A stretch of 64,000 nt of DNA from Promethearchaeota archaeon. Its GTDB lineage: Archaea; Asgardarchaeota; Lokiarchaeia; Sigyniarchaeales; SOKP01. Under the pieces are notes generated by a model that did no database searches, had not been told where the DNA came from, and saw nothing but the letters and a program-made list of their open reading frames with translations. Positions 48,429 to 59,304 of the stretch are shown here, in pieces. Location of the stretch: positions 37,361 through 101,360 of the forward strand of contig JBHLNS010000008.1 of NCBI GenBank assembly GCA_048941285.1, written 5' to 3'. The first letter of the stretch is position 1; the number at the start of each line of letters is the position of its first letter. The position numbers were made by a program, and so were the translations under genes.

Positions 48429-49127
48429 ATGAACATAGCTGAAGTTTTAAAAAATAAGATTAGGACAAATCAAACAGTTTTAACTGAATTTGAATCAAAG
48501 GAGCTTCTTAGAGAAATTGGAATTCCTGTTCCCGCTCAAAAATTAACTATTTCAAAAGAAGAGACAATTTTTGCTGCTGAAAATATTGGGTTTCCGGTAG
48601 TGATGAAACTTATGGCAGAAGATATCGTTCACAAATCCGATACTGGTGCAGTAAAATTAAATTTGAAGTCAAAAGAAGATGTAGATAAAGCCTATAATGA
48701 ATTAATGCAAATTCCATCTCAAATGGAGAAAAAAATATCAGTACAAAAAATGGCAGAAGAACCAATTACAGAGCTTATTATTGGTATGACCACAGACCCC
48801 CAATTCGGTCCTGCATTAATGTTTGGCATTGGTGGAATATTAGTTGAGATCCTAGAAGATGTTAGTTTCAGAATTGCTCCTATAACTGAATATGATGCTA
48901 ATGAAATGATTCATGAAATTAAGGGATTTCCGATATTAGATGGATATCGCGGAAAGCCTAAAGCAGATATTAAGGCAATCGTAAACGCCTTATTAACGAT
49001 ATCTGAATTCGTCGTGAAACATGATGAAATAAATGAAATGGATCTCAATCCCGTGTTCATTTACGATAAAGGGTTAATTTGTGTGGATGCAAGAATAATT
49101 TTAAAGAAGAAAGAATCTCACGAGTAG
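48429..49127 (+). CDS. ADP-forming acetate/acyl-CoA ligase beta subunit (ATP-grasp)
   Basis: GFPVVMK, HKSDTG, DPQFGP, FGIGGILVE, EMDLNP, VDARI. Confidence 0.9.
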   Translation: MNIAEVLKNKIRTNQTVLTEFESKELLREIGIPVPAQKLTISKEETIFAAENIGFPVVMKLMAEDIVHKSDTGAVKLNLKSKEDVDKAYNELMQIPSQMEKKISVQKMAEEPITELIIGMTTDPQFGPALMFGIGGILVEILEDVSFRIAPITEYDANEMIHEIKGFPILDGYRGKPKADIKAIVNALLTISEFVVKHDEINEMDLNPVFIYDKGLICVDARIILKKKESHE

Positions 49128-49399
49128 GATTTCTATTTTAATACCAAAAATTTATTATATTTTGCTAAATCCAATAAACCTTCTTCCTATTTCTAGAATT
49201 TGAGTCTTGTTTTCTAGATTAGATTATTTCTATTTACTCACTCAATCATAATTTGCTAAAAAAAACATAGATTTATAGCAGTTAATCGTGATATAATTTA
49301 TACTGTTTAAATTGAAAAATAACATTCAAATTTAAACTATAAAAATATTAGTATAAATAATTAATTGTATTATAAAAAATTAAAAATTTTTTGACAATC

Positions 49400-52300
49400 A
49401 TGAGCTATTCAAAAATTACAAAAACAAAACATTTGCTCGTCCTTTTTTTACTATTAGCTACTACTGTTATTACAAGTATTAATTTTAGTTATACGAACAT
49501 AATTCAAAATCAGACAGCAAGAGATTCCGAAACTAACAAAAATAATGATAATAACTTTGATATTGAAAAGAATCTATTAATGGCGGATTATTCCTCTTCA
49601 TTTGGTAAAAGGGGAGATAATTTAAACATTTCTTTGCATCAATCTTTAGTAAATTTATCTCAAGGCGATTTCTCAAATTTAGATAATTCAAATACTCTTA
49701 AAGAAGCTTGTCCTACTGATACTTCATTTAATTCTATTTTCACAAATATTATAGTTGAGGATATATATGCTCCAAATAAATCCATAGTTATTGAAGATAA
49801 TACTGTTGGGGCTGGTTTAGAAAATTTCTTCTTAGGGGAGTATTATGTATCCTTTACAACAAGAGGATCAGGTTTTCTGGAAAATGTTTCAATTCCTATC
49901 AAACTAGTAACCGCTTTAAACAATGCTAATGTCACAATAAAATTATACAATGCCAGAAATGATGGTTCAGGAGTTCCTGAACCTAATTCGAATATAGGAT
50001 TAATAGTACCTAAAACTCTTATTACGAGCTCAACGTATTATTGGCACGAGTTTACTAATATTCATGCTGCTTTTGATTCATCTTCAACTTTTGCAAATAC
50101 TTTTTTCTTAAGGGTCGAAAAAGTTCAAGGTGGTGCCGTGTATTGGGATTGGTATTCAGATGGTACTGATGCTGATGAAACTTATGTATATGATGCAACT
50201 TTAATTTTGGAGACTTTTGGTGTTAATACTATTGATTTAGGATTGAAAGTTGCATTTTCACCACAAGATCATACACCCACCCCTGAAGGTATTAATTTTT
50301 TGATCAATAGTACTTCAGTGACCGGAGATTTAGTTATTGAAAATAAAGGTTCTTGGAAATCTTATAATGCATATAGAAATGCGTCGGGGTTATTATATTT
50401 TGTATTAACTGCTGAATGGTGGGATGTATCATGTAGTGTTACCTACGCTCAAATTAATTACACAAAAACAGATTTAACAGCAACCTCACTCTTTTCAGTA
50501 ACAGGAAGTGGTGAATCGCTTAATTGGAATTCTACTCTTGGAATCGTGAATAATTTTGTTTCACCATTTAATAATTATGAGATTAATTTCACTGTTCCAA
50601 GAACATGGGAAAACTTTTCTGCATTCAAAGGCCCGACAGATAAAAGTTCTGATATTAATATTGGCCCAATAAATGAAGGGTATCTCGATCTTCAAATTAA
50701 AAATGCTGAAAATGGGATTAATTGGTATATCATGGCTCAATCTAAAAATCTTTTGAAAAAGATCCGAACCTATGTAGGAATAGAAGATTTATCCATAATA
50801 AATTTTACAGACACCCTAAATTTTCTAGCAAATTTCTCAGAAATCATCTCAGATGGTACTATTAACTTAACTGTTTATAGCCCTGCTCCCGGTTACCATG
50901 AAAATTACTCATATTATGATGATTCAATAACTCCAGACTCAGAAATTTCTCTAGGAAGTTGGGCAATATCTAGTAGCGCTACTGAATATGGAATGTTTAA
51001 AGTTCAAATATGGTGGTATAATGCTACTGCAGGAGGATTTCTAGAAAAAGACATAACTATAATTGCAGTTACAGATTTAGTCCTAATATCCCCTCCTATT
51101 GATGAGGATCATTTCCCTGATGATATTTTCAATATAAGAGTATTTTATAATGATACTGGTTTGAATTCAGGTGATCAAGGTATCCCTGGTGCTACAATTA
51201 TTATAAATGGCACATACGTACCTCCTATTGTTGATGAAGGAAATGGATATTATCAAATTCAGATAAACTCAAGCGATTATATTTATAAAAAGAATTATAT
51301 CGGAATTTATGCATTAAAAACAAATTACAACGGTGCTTTTAAAAGATTTTCATTCCATTTAAGACAATATACTTCAATTGCTCCATCGGATTCAAAAAAT
51401 TTTGGCGATATTATAAGAGGAACAATAGTATCATATGAATTCAATTATTCAGATGTAGTAGGAACACCTATTACAGGAGCTATTCCTAGTATTGTAGATC
51501 TAGATCCATCATTTTTACCAGGTTCATCAATAAGTGAAAATGTAGGAGAACCGGGAAATTATACAATTCAATTGGATACTAGTGATGTTGTAGCGTCAGC
51601 TATTCCATATGAATGCATATTCAATGTCATTGCGATAGGGAAAGAAGCAAAAAATATTACCATTTATTTAACGGTGATATTATCACAGACTAGTCTTAAT
51701 ATAATAGAATCTGAATCTTACCTTTTAAAGAGAGATGGTTTAAACCAAACAGTCCTATTCTATTTCAATGACACAGATAATAATCTTCCAATCACAGGTC
51801 TTCCTGTTGGTGATGTTACTGTAACGGATAATCAAACAGGATTACCAAGGAATATATGGTTATTTCCAAATGGGACAGATGGGTATTATATTTTAAATAT
51901 TTCAATTACAGCTTTAAATTCAGGTTGGATTGAGTTGACAATAGACATTACTTTTGACCCTAATTATGCCACAAGTATAGCACCTGTAATTTTCTATTAT
52001 GAGGGGAATAATACTCAGACTTATTTGAGATCTATGTCAGATCCTGGGGGAGAAGGTTCTCTCAGATGCATATCAAGCACATATACTTGTTTTATAGGAA
52101 GAGATATATATATTGACTTTAATATTACTGATACTAATAATGGAAATTCTCTAATTACTGGTTTAGCTAACTCTTATATAGTACAATATGTTGAAGTTGG
52201 AAATCCTGGCAATCAAGGTGTTTTGGGGCATTCCTTAAATAATGCTGCTATATCATATCAAGGAAGTATTGATACTTCAGACATTACAATACTAGGAACT

Positions 52301-54070
52301 TATGAAATTACTGTAAAAGTTTATAAAACAGATTTTGAGACATCAATACTGAGTTTTAATTTAACACTAAGGGCTTTATACATAATTGATATAGTAGTGG
52401 ATTACCCTGCTGAAATTACAGCAGGAGACTCATTTCATGTAATCATTCAAGTAAATTATTATAATACAACCGATTGGTTACTTTTAGTTGGCTCTAACGT
52501 TAGAATTACACCTTATTTTAAAGGAACACCAGGGACACCATCTTCATGGCTTCCCACAAATAATACAGGGGAAGTTGAATTTGAAATTCTAACTAGCAAT
52601 ACTATTAGAAACATAACATTAACAATCGAAGTTCAAAGCGAATACTATCATGAAGCAGATACTAAAAATATCTATAATATTAAAGTTAATCCTCCTTTTG
52701 GACTTGGAGATATACTTCCATATCTAATTATCGCCGGTATTGCTGCCATTGCTATTGCAAGCTCAGTTGGAGTTTATAAGGGTGTTGTAGTCCCTAAAAA
52801 GCGGGAAAAATCTCGTGTTCTTACAGAAGTAAAAACTATTTTTGATGATGCGATTAATTTAGAACATATTTTAGTTCTCTATAAAGGAACAGGAACTTGT
52901 ATCTATTTTAAATCATTTGGTTCTGAGCAAATTGACCCCGAACTAATTTCAGGCTTTATATCTGCAATAAGCAGTTTTGGTAAAGATTTAGTTAGTCAAG
53001 AAGAATTAAATGAAATATCATATGGTGACAAAATGTTGCTTCTTTCAGATGGAGAATATATCAGAGTTGCTTTAGTATTAGGTAAAAAAGCTTCATTAAT
53101 TTTGCGCAGAAATTTGATGGAATTCATTCATGGTTTTGAGAAATCTTATAATAATGAGCTACCTAACTGGAGAGGTCAATTAAATATATTTAGAGATGCT
53201 GGAAATACTATAGATGAGATTTTAAACACTTCAATTATTTTACCTCATGAAATAACCTACGAATTTTCCAGTACCAAAACATTAAAGAAACAACAATCCA
53301 AAGAAGTTTTAAAAGTTGCTACAAATTTAATGAAAGATTCAGAAAGAAACTTTTTCTTTATAGCAACATTGTTAAAAGTAGCTACTGAAAAGACAAGTAA
53401 AGATACAGCGCAAATTTTTATGGGGATAAAAGAATTAAGAGATAAAAAAATATTAATGCCAATTGAGATATCTGCAATTGAAACTAAGCCAATATCTCAA
53501 CAAGAATTGAATTTAATCAATCAGAAAGTTTCTCAACTAGTGAGTTTATCAGCAGAAGAAAAGCAAAAATTAGTTAATGATCTTGCTCAAATGGGGCCAG
53601 CTGAAAGGGAAGCATATTTTGTAAGTTTAACTGAACAACAAGAGATTATATCTGCTCCTATTGAAGCTAAACTTGGAGCTGCAGTGATTAACAATATTAA
53701 AGCAGCGAAAAAAGAAATTAAAAATTTAAAAAAGAATGGAATAGTAGCAAGAAAGGAGAAAGATTACGATAAATCTATCAAAATCTTCCAAAATGCTTTA
53801 AAAATTGCCTCAAATTGGGAACTAACAAAAGAGGCTCAGGAGTTCGATGACTTTATACGTTTAACTAAAATTGTGGATCTAAAAACCAAAATGCAAAACC
53901 TTGAACAAGAAGCTAGATTAGCTGCTAAACAAGAAAATTATAATGAAGCGGCGCAAAAATATAAAATGTCTTCAAAAATAGCTTCTGAAATATTCAAATT
54001 AGGTGAAGATTTAACTAAAGAAGTTAAGAGATTATCAAATAAAGCAAAAGAATATGAAAAACTAATATAA
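49400..54070 (+). CDS. Large type I membrane protein with beta-rich (Ig-like) ectodomain, TM helix, cytoplasmic longin-like domain and C-terminal TPR/MIT-like helices
   Basis: Signal-like N-terminus, many NxS/T sequons, repeated GxY beta motifs, TM LPYLIIAGIAAIAIASSVGVY, then IDPELISGFISAISSFG; ATG at 49400 or TTG at 49391. Confidence 0.8.
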   Translation: MSYSKITKTKHLLVLFLLLATTVITSINFSYTNIIQNQTARDSETNKNNDNNFDIEKNLLMADYSSSFGKRGDNLNISLHQSLVNLSQGDFSNLDNSNTLKEACPTDTSFNSIFTNIIVEDIYAPNKSIVIEDNTVGAGLENFFLGEYYVSFTTRGSGFLENVSIPIKLVTALNNANVTIKLYNARNDGSGVPEPNSNIGLIVPKTLITSSTYYWHEFTNIHAAFDSSSTFANTFFLRVEKVQGGAVYWDWYSDGTDADETYVYDATLILETFGVNTIDLGLKVAFSPQDHTPTPEGINFLINSTSVTGDLVIENKGSWKSYNAYRNASGLLYFVLTAEWWDVSCSVTYAQINYTKTDLTATSLFSVTGSGESLNWNSTLGIVNNFVSPFNNYEINFTVPRTWENFSAFKGPTDKSSDINIGPINEGYLDLQIKNAENGINWYIMAQSKNLLKKIRTYVGIEDLSIINFTDTLNFLANFSEIISDGTINLTVYSPAPGYHENYSYYDDSITPDSEISLGSWAISSSATEYGMFKVQIWWYNATAGGFLEKDITIIAVTDLVLISPPIDEDHFPDDIFNIRVFYNDTGLNSGDQGIPGATIIINGTYVPPIVDEGNGYYQIQINSSDYIYKKNYIGIYALKTNYNGAFKRFSFHLRQYTSIAPSDSKNFGDIIRGTIVSYEFNYSDVVGTPITGAIPSIVDLDPSFLPGSSISENVGEPGNYTIQLDTSDVVASAIPYECIFNVIAIGKEAKNITIYLTVILSQTSLNIIESESYLLKRDGLNQTVLFYFNDTDNNLPITGLPVGDVTVTDNQTGLPRNIWLFPNGTDGYYILNISITALNSGWIELTIDITFDPNYATSIAPVIFYYEGNNTQTYLRSMSDPGGEGSLRCISSTYTCFIGRDIYIDFNITDTNNGNSLITGLANSYIVQYVEVGNPGNQGVLGHSLNNAAISYQGSIDTSDITILGTYEITVKVYKTDFETSILSFNLTLRALYIIDIVVDYPAEITAGDSFHVIIQVNYYNTTDWLLLVGSNVRITPYFKGTPGTPSSWLPTNNTGEVEFEILTSNTIRNITLTIEVQSEYYHEADTKNIYNIKVNPPFGLGDILPYLIIAGIAAIAIASSVGVYKGVVVPKKREKSRVLTEVKTIFDDAINLEHILVLYKGTGTCIYFKSFGSEQIDPELISGFISAISSFGKDLVSQEELNEISYGDKMLLLSDGEYIRVALVLGKKASLILRRNLMEFIHGFEKSYNNELPNWRGQLNIFRDAGNTIDEILNTSIILPHEITYEFSSTKTLKKQQSKEVLKVATNLMKDSERNFFFIATLLKVATEKTSKDTAQIFMGIKELRDKKILMPIEISAIETKPISQQELNLINQKVSQLVSLSAEEKQKLVNDLAQMGPAEREAYFVSLTEQQEIISAPIEAKLGAAVINNIKAAKKEIKNLKKNGIVARKEKDYDKSIKIFQNALKIASNWELTKEAQEFDDFIRLTKIVDLKTKMQNLEQEARLAAKQENYNEAAQKYKMSSKIASEIFKLGEDLTKEVKRLSNKAKEYEKLI

Positions 54071-54248
54071 TCTTTTTATATTTTTTTTTATTTCTCCAAT
54101 CCAAAAAAGTTTGAATTTAATTATTACTGATTTTTAATACCTGAAAAATCTATAAATCAGATAATTTGTCAATCGAATAAAGAATAGAAAATAATATTTA
54201 AGCAAAAATATAATTGGAAAACATGAATTTAATTTGAAATATATTTTA

Positions 54249-55511
54249 TCAATCAGATATGCCGCTTTCAGTTATGGAAAAAATAGCTTCACCTTCTGGT
54301 AAATGAGGTGCATCAACAATTTTTGCAATCCTCTGTTCTCCTTTACCTTTTCTCAAATAAACTCTAATCGTTGAACCATGGGCCACAACATTTCCTCCAG
54401 CTGCTTTTAAAGGATTGCCATAAAAAACATCAGGCTTCGCTTGTACTTGATTTGTCACTACAATTGCCAAGTTTGGATATATATCACATAATCTTAACAG
54501 GTCATGTAAATGAGAATTAATAATCTGCTGACGATTTGCCAACGTACCACGACCGATATACTCGCTTCTAAAGTGCCCTATTAGTGAATCTACTATAATC
54601 AATTTGATGTTTTGCTCTTTTATTAAATTTGTTGCTTCTTTAATTAAGAGAACTTGATGATCAGAATTATAAGCTCGACCAAAAACAATATTTTTTAGTA
54701 TTTTTTTGTGATCTAAATCCAACCCCTCAGCCATTTGAATAATTCTTTCAGGTCTGAAAGTACCCTCAGTATCAATATATAAAGCATTTCCTTCAATGCC
54801 TCCTCTTTCTTGATCTAATTGGACATTTACACATAATTGATGCATAATTTGAGTTTTACCTGTTCTAAATTCTCCAAAAAATTCGATTAAGCTTCCTGTT
54901 TCAACTCCCCCACCAAGTAAGTCATCCAATTCTTGACTTCCTGTGGTAATACGAGCTATATTTTTTCTATGTTCCCAAACATCCTCAGCACTTTTAAATC
55001 CAATATTCAATTTTTCCATACAAGCCTTTATCAGCTTTGTTGTTGTTTTTTCTCCTAAACCGCTCTCTTCTTGGATAATGCTAGGAGGTGTAAATGCGAT
55101 TGATTCCAAACTAGAGAATCCTGCTTTTATTAATTTTGTTAAAGTAGCCTCTCCTACGCCGGGAAGCTTTTTTACGGCGTTGATGGACTCTTGTATACTA
55201 TTTCCCTCATTAGAAATATCTTCATTATCGGTATCTGTGTTATCCTCAAATTGATTTTCAAGTTCATTATAATCTTCATCATTTTCAAGTTCATCAAAAG
55301 CATCAATTAGTTCTTCATCATCATAATCATCATTCGTCAAATCAGTGATTTCTTCTTCAAAATCATTTTCGCTTTGGCGTTTAATTCGGGCAAAATCAAG
55401 ATGTTCTTTGTAGATTTTCCCTTTTGTATGATTTCGTTTACATTCTTTACAGTAATAAGGCTCACCTATTTCAAAGCCATTATTATCTTCAACTTCACTC
55501 GCTTTAGCCAT
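54249..55511 (-). CDS. radA: DNA repair recombinase RadA with N-terminal zinc-finger/acidic extension
   Basis: HhH LPGVG, FKSA polymerisation motif, [43 protein letters not shown]. Confidence 0.95.
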   Translation of the reverse strand: MAKASEVEDNNGFEIGEPYYCKECKRNHTKGKIYKEHLDFARIKRQSENDFEEEITDLTNDDYDDEELIDAFDELENDEDYNELENQFEDNTDTDNEDISNEGNSIQESINAVKKLPGVGEATLTKLIKAGFSSLESIAFTPPSIIQEESGLGEKTTTKLIKACMEKLNIGFKSAEDVWEHRKNIARITTGSQELDDLLGGGVETGSLIEFFGEFRTGKTQIMHQLCVNVQLDQERGGIEGNALYIDTEGTFRPERIIQMAEGLDLDHKKILKNIVFGRAYNSDHQVLLIKEATNLIKEQNIKLIIVDSLIGHFRSEYIGRGTLANRQQIINSHLHDLLRLCDIYPNLAIVVTNQVQAKPDVFYGNPLKAAGGNVVAHGSTIRVYLRKGKGEQRIAKIVDAPHLPEGEAIFSITESGISD

Positions 55512-55768
55512 AAAATATCATTAAAAAAAGTGTAATTTTTATAGTCATTATTTATTATGCATAGTTAGTTAGGTCTTTATTTTAAGTAAAATAGAGTTCT
55601 AATTTTCAAATTTATTTTTATTGATGAAAAAACAGAAACCGACAATAATTTATAGTTTTAAAATTTAGCTTTTGATAATTTTCCCCAACAGTAAATAAAA
55701 TAATATAAACATGAATGGATTATATAAAGTTATTATAAATATTACTTTGTTATACTGGATAAAATCTT

Positions 55769-57004
55769 ATGCAAACAACAGTGAAATTTGAAGGTTATCC
55801 AGATATAGAAGATAACATTATAAATGATTCAATTAGCATCATAAAAAAAAATAAAGAGCATTGGGATCCTCCTTTTTTTTTCGATACTAAGACTTACCTA
55901 GATATTCCAAAGCTCCAAAAATTAATAGGTCATTACATTACTGATAATCTTAAGAATATTATAATTTTAGGCACAGGGGGTTCAATTCAGACTTTACTTG
56001 CTTTAAAACATTTAGCGAAAAGAAAAATATTTCCAGTTACTAGTTCTAGAGCTGTAGAACTAAAAGGATGCTTGGATAAAACAACTCCAGAAGATTCAAT
56101 CGTGATTCCTGTATCAAGAGGAGGAGAAACCTTAGATATTAATTCAACTATTGGAACTTTTCTAAAAAGAGGGTATAAATTTATAGGATTATCTTCTATG
56201 GGGACAATGAATGAGATTTTAAAAAAAGTGAATTGCCTTATTCTAGATGTACCTAATCTTTCTGGTCGCTATGCTGGATCTGTTACAAATGTAGGAATCG
56301 TTCCTGCTTATATGGCAGGTATAGATATTGAAAATTTTATAAAAGGTTTGGAAGATGCTTATAAAGTATTCTCAAAATATGAAAATCAACCAGCTATTAA
56401 ACTTGCAACATTTTTATACAGATTATATAAGAAAAACTATAATGTAGTTTTTTCAATGCCCTACTCCAAGAATCTTGAGGGAAGTGTCGGGTTATGGGTA
56501 CAAGGTATATCAGAAAGCACTGGAAAAGATGGGAAGGGTTTGATAGGAACGTATCAACCGGCTCCTATTTGCCAACACTCTGTTTTAGAGTACCTTTTAG
56601 GAGGAACCAAAGGAATAGTGATTCCGATTCTATGGACAATGTTAAATGAAGATCCTGATTTGATGTTAAGTTCGTCAATATCATATGTTGATGGCAAAAG
56701 TGCCCAAACAATTGTAAATTATCAATCAAATGCTACATTTCAAGCTTTAATTCAACAAAAAGTGCCATCAGCGAAGATTTCAATTGAAAATCCATCAGAA
56801 ACGAGTATTGGGCATCTTATTGCATTTATACTATCTTCAATTTATTATATTTGTCTGCTAATTGATGTTAATTGGGCAAATAATCCAAAAGTACTTATTG
56901 GAAAACAAATTTGTAACGAAGCTCTTAAAGAAAGAATAACTCCAGAACAGGGAATAAATCTAAGATCGCAAATCGCTAAAGAGAAATTTAAAAATTTTTT
57001 CTGA
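55769..57004 (+). CDS. pgi: Glucose-6-phosphate isomerase-like SIS-domain protein
   Basis: GTGGS, SRGGET, SGRY, ESTGKDG, QHS and C-terminal PxVxxGK match divergent PGI motifs. Confidence 0.65.
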   Translation: MQTTVKFEGYPDIEDNIINDSISIIKKNKEHWDPPFFFDTKTYLDIPKLQKLIGHYITDNLKNIIILGTGGSIQTLLALKHLAKRKIFPVTSSRAVELKGCLDKTTPEDSIVIPVSRGGETLDINSTIGTFLKRGYKFIGLSSMGTMNEILKKVNCLILDVPNLSGRYAGSVTNVGIVPAYMAGIDIENFIKGLEDAYKVFSKYENQPAIKLATFLYRLYKKNYNVVFSMPYSKNLEGSVGLWVQGISESTGKDGKGLIGTYQPAPICQHSVLEYLLGGTKGIVIPILWTMLNEDPDLMLSSSISYVDGKSAQTIVNYQSNATFQALIQQKVPSAKISIENPSETSIGHLIAFILSSIYYICLLIDVNWANNPKVLIGKQICNEALKERITPEQGINLRSQIAKEKFKNFF

Positions 57005-57072
57005 TTAATTTTTTATAATTTGGTTAAATTATCAATAAAGGAAAAATCGGTAATAATTTATATTTTTTTAAA

Positions 57073-58335
57073 ATGAAAAAAGTAGAATTACTAGCTCCCG
57101 CTAAAAATCTAAAAGCTATTAAAGCAGCAATGAAATACGCAGACTCAGTCTACTTTGGGGTAGAAAAATTTAATATGAGGATGCGTTCAGATAATTTTTC
57201 CTTAGAAGATTTAGATAAAGTAGTAGAATTTTGTCATCGTAACAATTTAAAAGTATATCTAACAACTAACATTTTAATTTATGATAGTGAATTGAATCTT
57301 CTCCGTGAAATCATAGAAAGGAGCAGAGATGTAGGAGTAGATGCTGTTATTGTTCATGATATAGCAGCCATACAAATGGCTAAAGAAGTAGGTATCTCTT
57401 TTCATATTTCTACACAATGTAATGTTTCTAATTCTCTTTCTGCTAATTTTTATGAAAATCTTGGTGCTCAACGTATAATTTTAGCCAGGGAATTATCTCT
57501 TGAAAAAATTAAAGAAATTAAAAGAAATTTAGTTAAAACTGAAATAGAAACATTCATTCATGGAGCAATGTGTACCTCAGTTAGCGGTAGGTGTTACTTT
57601 TCTCAGGATATTTGTGGATCTGAAGAAAAATCCGCAAATAGAGGAAATTGTGAGCAGCCATGTAGGAGAAAATGGTGGCTTAGAGAACAGGGTGGAGCAG
57701 AATATATGTACGACGGAGTAAGATTTTTAAATTCAAGAGATCTATGCACAATTGCATATATTCCAGATTTAATTAAAGCAAACATCGATGCTTTCAAAAT
57801 AGAAGGACGAATGCGTCATCCACATTATGTAGAAATAGTTTCTAAGATATATCGAGCTGCAATTGATTCTTATTATGATGGTACATATTCAAAATCTAAA
57901 ACAGGAAAGTGGATAACTGAATTGAAAAAAGTATATAATCGAGGTTTTACCACAGGTTTTTATTTCAAAAGAATGACTGAAGAGGATCATCAACACCATT
58001 CCCCTTCTAATTTATCTCATTATAGATATATTAAGGTAGGAGAAATTTTAGATTATAATTATAAAACAGGTTTTAGTAAAATTTCATTGAATAATGGATA
58101 CCTTTCAAAAAATGATGATATTATAATTATGGGAAGGCAGAGTAATACATATATTCATCAAAAAGTTAAAAAAATTATGAATCAAGGTGAATTAATTAAT
58201 AAAACCCCAAGGGGATCAAATAATAAGAAAGTAATTATTGAATTAGAAGTAGATGATAAAGTTAGTGGTGATGGGCTTGATAAAGTATATGTATTTACTA
58301 ACAAAACATACCATAAAAAGAAATATTCTTTATGA
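57073..58335 (+). CDS. U32-family protein (Fe-S; TrhP/RlhA-like hydroxylation family)
   Basis: ELLAPA, HISTQ, LARELS, HGAMC..SGRC, NRGNCEQPCR, KIEGR. Confidence 0.9.
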   Translation: MKKVELLAPAKNLKAIKAAMKYADSVYFGVEKFNMRMRSDNFSLEDLDKVVEFCHRNNLKVYLTTNILIYDSELNLLREIIERSRDVGVDAVIVHDIAAIQMAKEVGISFHISTQCNVSNSLSANFYENLGAQRIILARELSLEKIKEIKRNLVKTEIETFIHGAMCTSVSGRCYFSQDICGSEEKSANRGNCEQPCRRKWWLREQGGAEYMYDGVRFLNSRDLCTIAYIPDLIKANIDAFKIEGRMRHPHYVEIVSKIYRAAIDSYYDGTYSKSKTGKWITELKKVYNRGFTTGFYFKRMTEEDHQHHSPSNLSHYRYIKVGEILDYNYKTGFSKISLNNGYLSKNDDIIIMGRQSNTYIHQKVKKIMNQGELINKTPRGSNNKKVIIELEVDDKVSGDGLDKVYVFTNKTYHKKKYSL

Positions 58336-58383
58336 TTACTTTATATTATTTTAACTAATTATTTAGTATTATAGGTTTTAATT

Positions 58384-59301
58384 ATGGAAAAGGATAAAAA
58401 GAAGATAATTGAATCAGTACCAAATTATTCTGAAGGAATTAATAGTGAAAAAATTGAACAGATTGTTTCCAAAATTAGAAACACTCCAAATACACGCATT
58501 GTTGATGTACAATACGATGCTGATTATAATAGAGCGGTTATTACTTTTGTTGGAACTCCTGAAGCAGTTTTAAAAGCAAATGTCGACGCTGCTAAAAAAG
58601 CCATTGAACTAATTGATATGAATAATCATAAGGGGCAGCATCCTCGAATTGGAGCTGTTGATGTAGTCCCTTTTGTACCAGCACAAAATGTAACAATGGA
58701 AGAATGTATAGAATTATCGGTAGAATTTGCTGAAACTATGGCAAAAGAGGGAATACCTGTTTATCTTTATGAAGAATCTGCTCGGAAAATGGAGAGAAAA
58801 AACATAGATAATATTCGAAAAGGAGAATATGAAAAACTAAAAGAAAAAATTAAAACAGATCCCGAACGTAAACCAGATTATGGTCCTTCTGAATTTCATC
58901 CTACTGCAGGAGCGATAATAACTGGAGCAAGAAATCCATTAATCAGCTTTAATATTAATTTAGGTACAAAAGATGTGAAAATAGCTAGGAAAATTGCAAA
59001 AGCTATCCATTTAAGTTCTGGTGGATTAGTTAATATTAAAGCCATGGGTACAGAATTAGCAAATCGTGATTATGTGCAAGTTGGAATTTCTAATATAAAT
59101 TATAGAAAAACTCCTTTATATAGGCAAATGGAGCTTGTAAGAATAGAGGCAGCCCGATATGGTGTACCTGTAATAGGCTCTGAGTTAATTGGTGTGCTTC
59201 CTCTAGGTGCAGTTTTAAATTCATTAGAATATTATTTAAAACTAGAATCACCTGATAAATTAGAAGAAAAACATTTGCTAGAATATTATTTTGATTTTTA
59301 A
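58384..59301 (+). CDS. ftcd: Glutamate formimidoyltransferase (transferase domain only)
   Basis: ESVPNYSEG, HKGQHPRIGAVDVVPFVP, PVYLYE, IRKGEYE, GARNPLI. Confidence 0.92.
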   Translation: MEKDKKKIIESVPNYSEGINSEKIEQIVSKIRNTPNTRIVDVQYDADYNRAVITFVGTPEAVLKANVDAAKKAIELIDMNNHKGQHPRIGAVDVVPFVPAQNVTMEECIELSVEFAETMAKEGIPVYLYEESARKMERKNIDNIRKGEYEKLKEKIKTDPERKPDYGPSEFHPTAGAIITGARNPLISFNINLGTKDVKIARKIAKAIHLSSGGLVNIKAMGTELANRDYVQVGISNINYRKTPLYRQMELVRIEAARYGVPVIGSELIGVLPLGAVLNSLEYYLKLESPDKLEEKHLLEYYFDF

Positions 59302-59304
59302 GAT

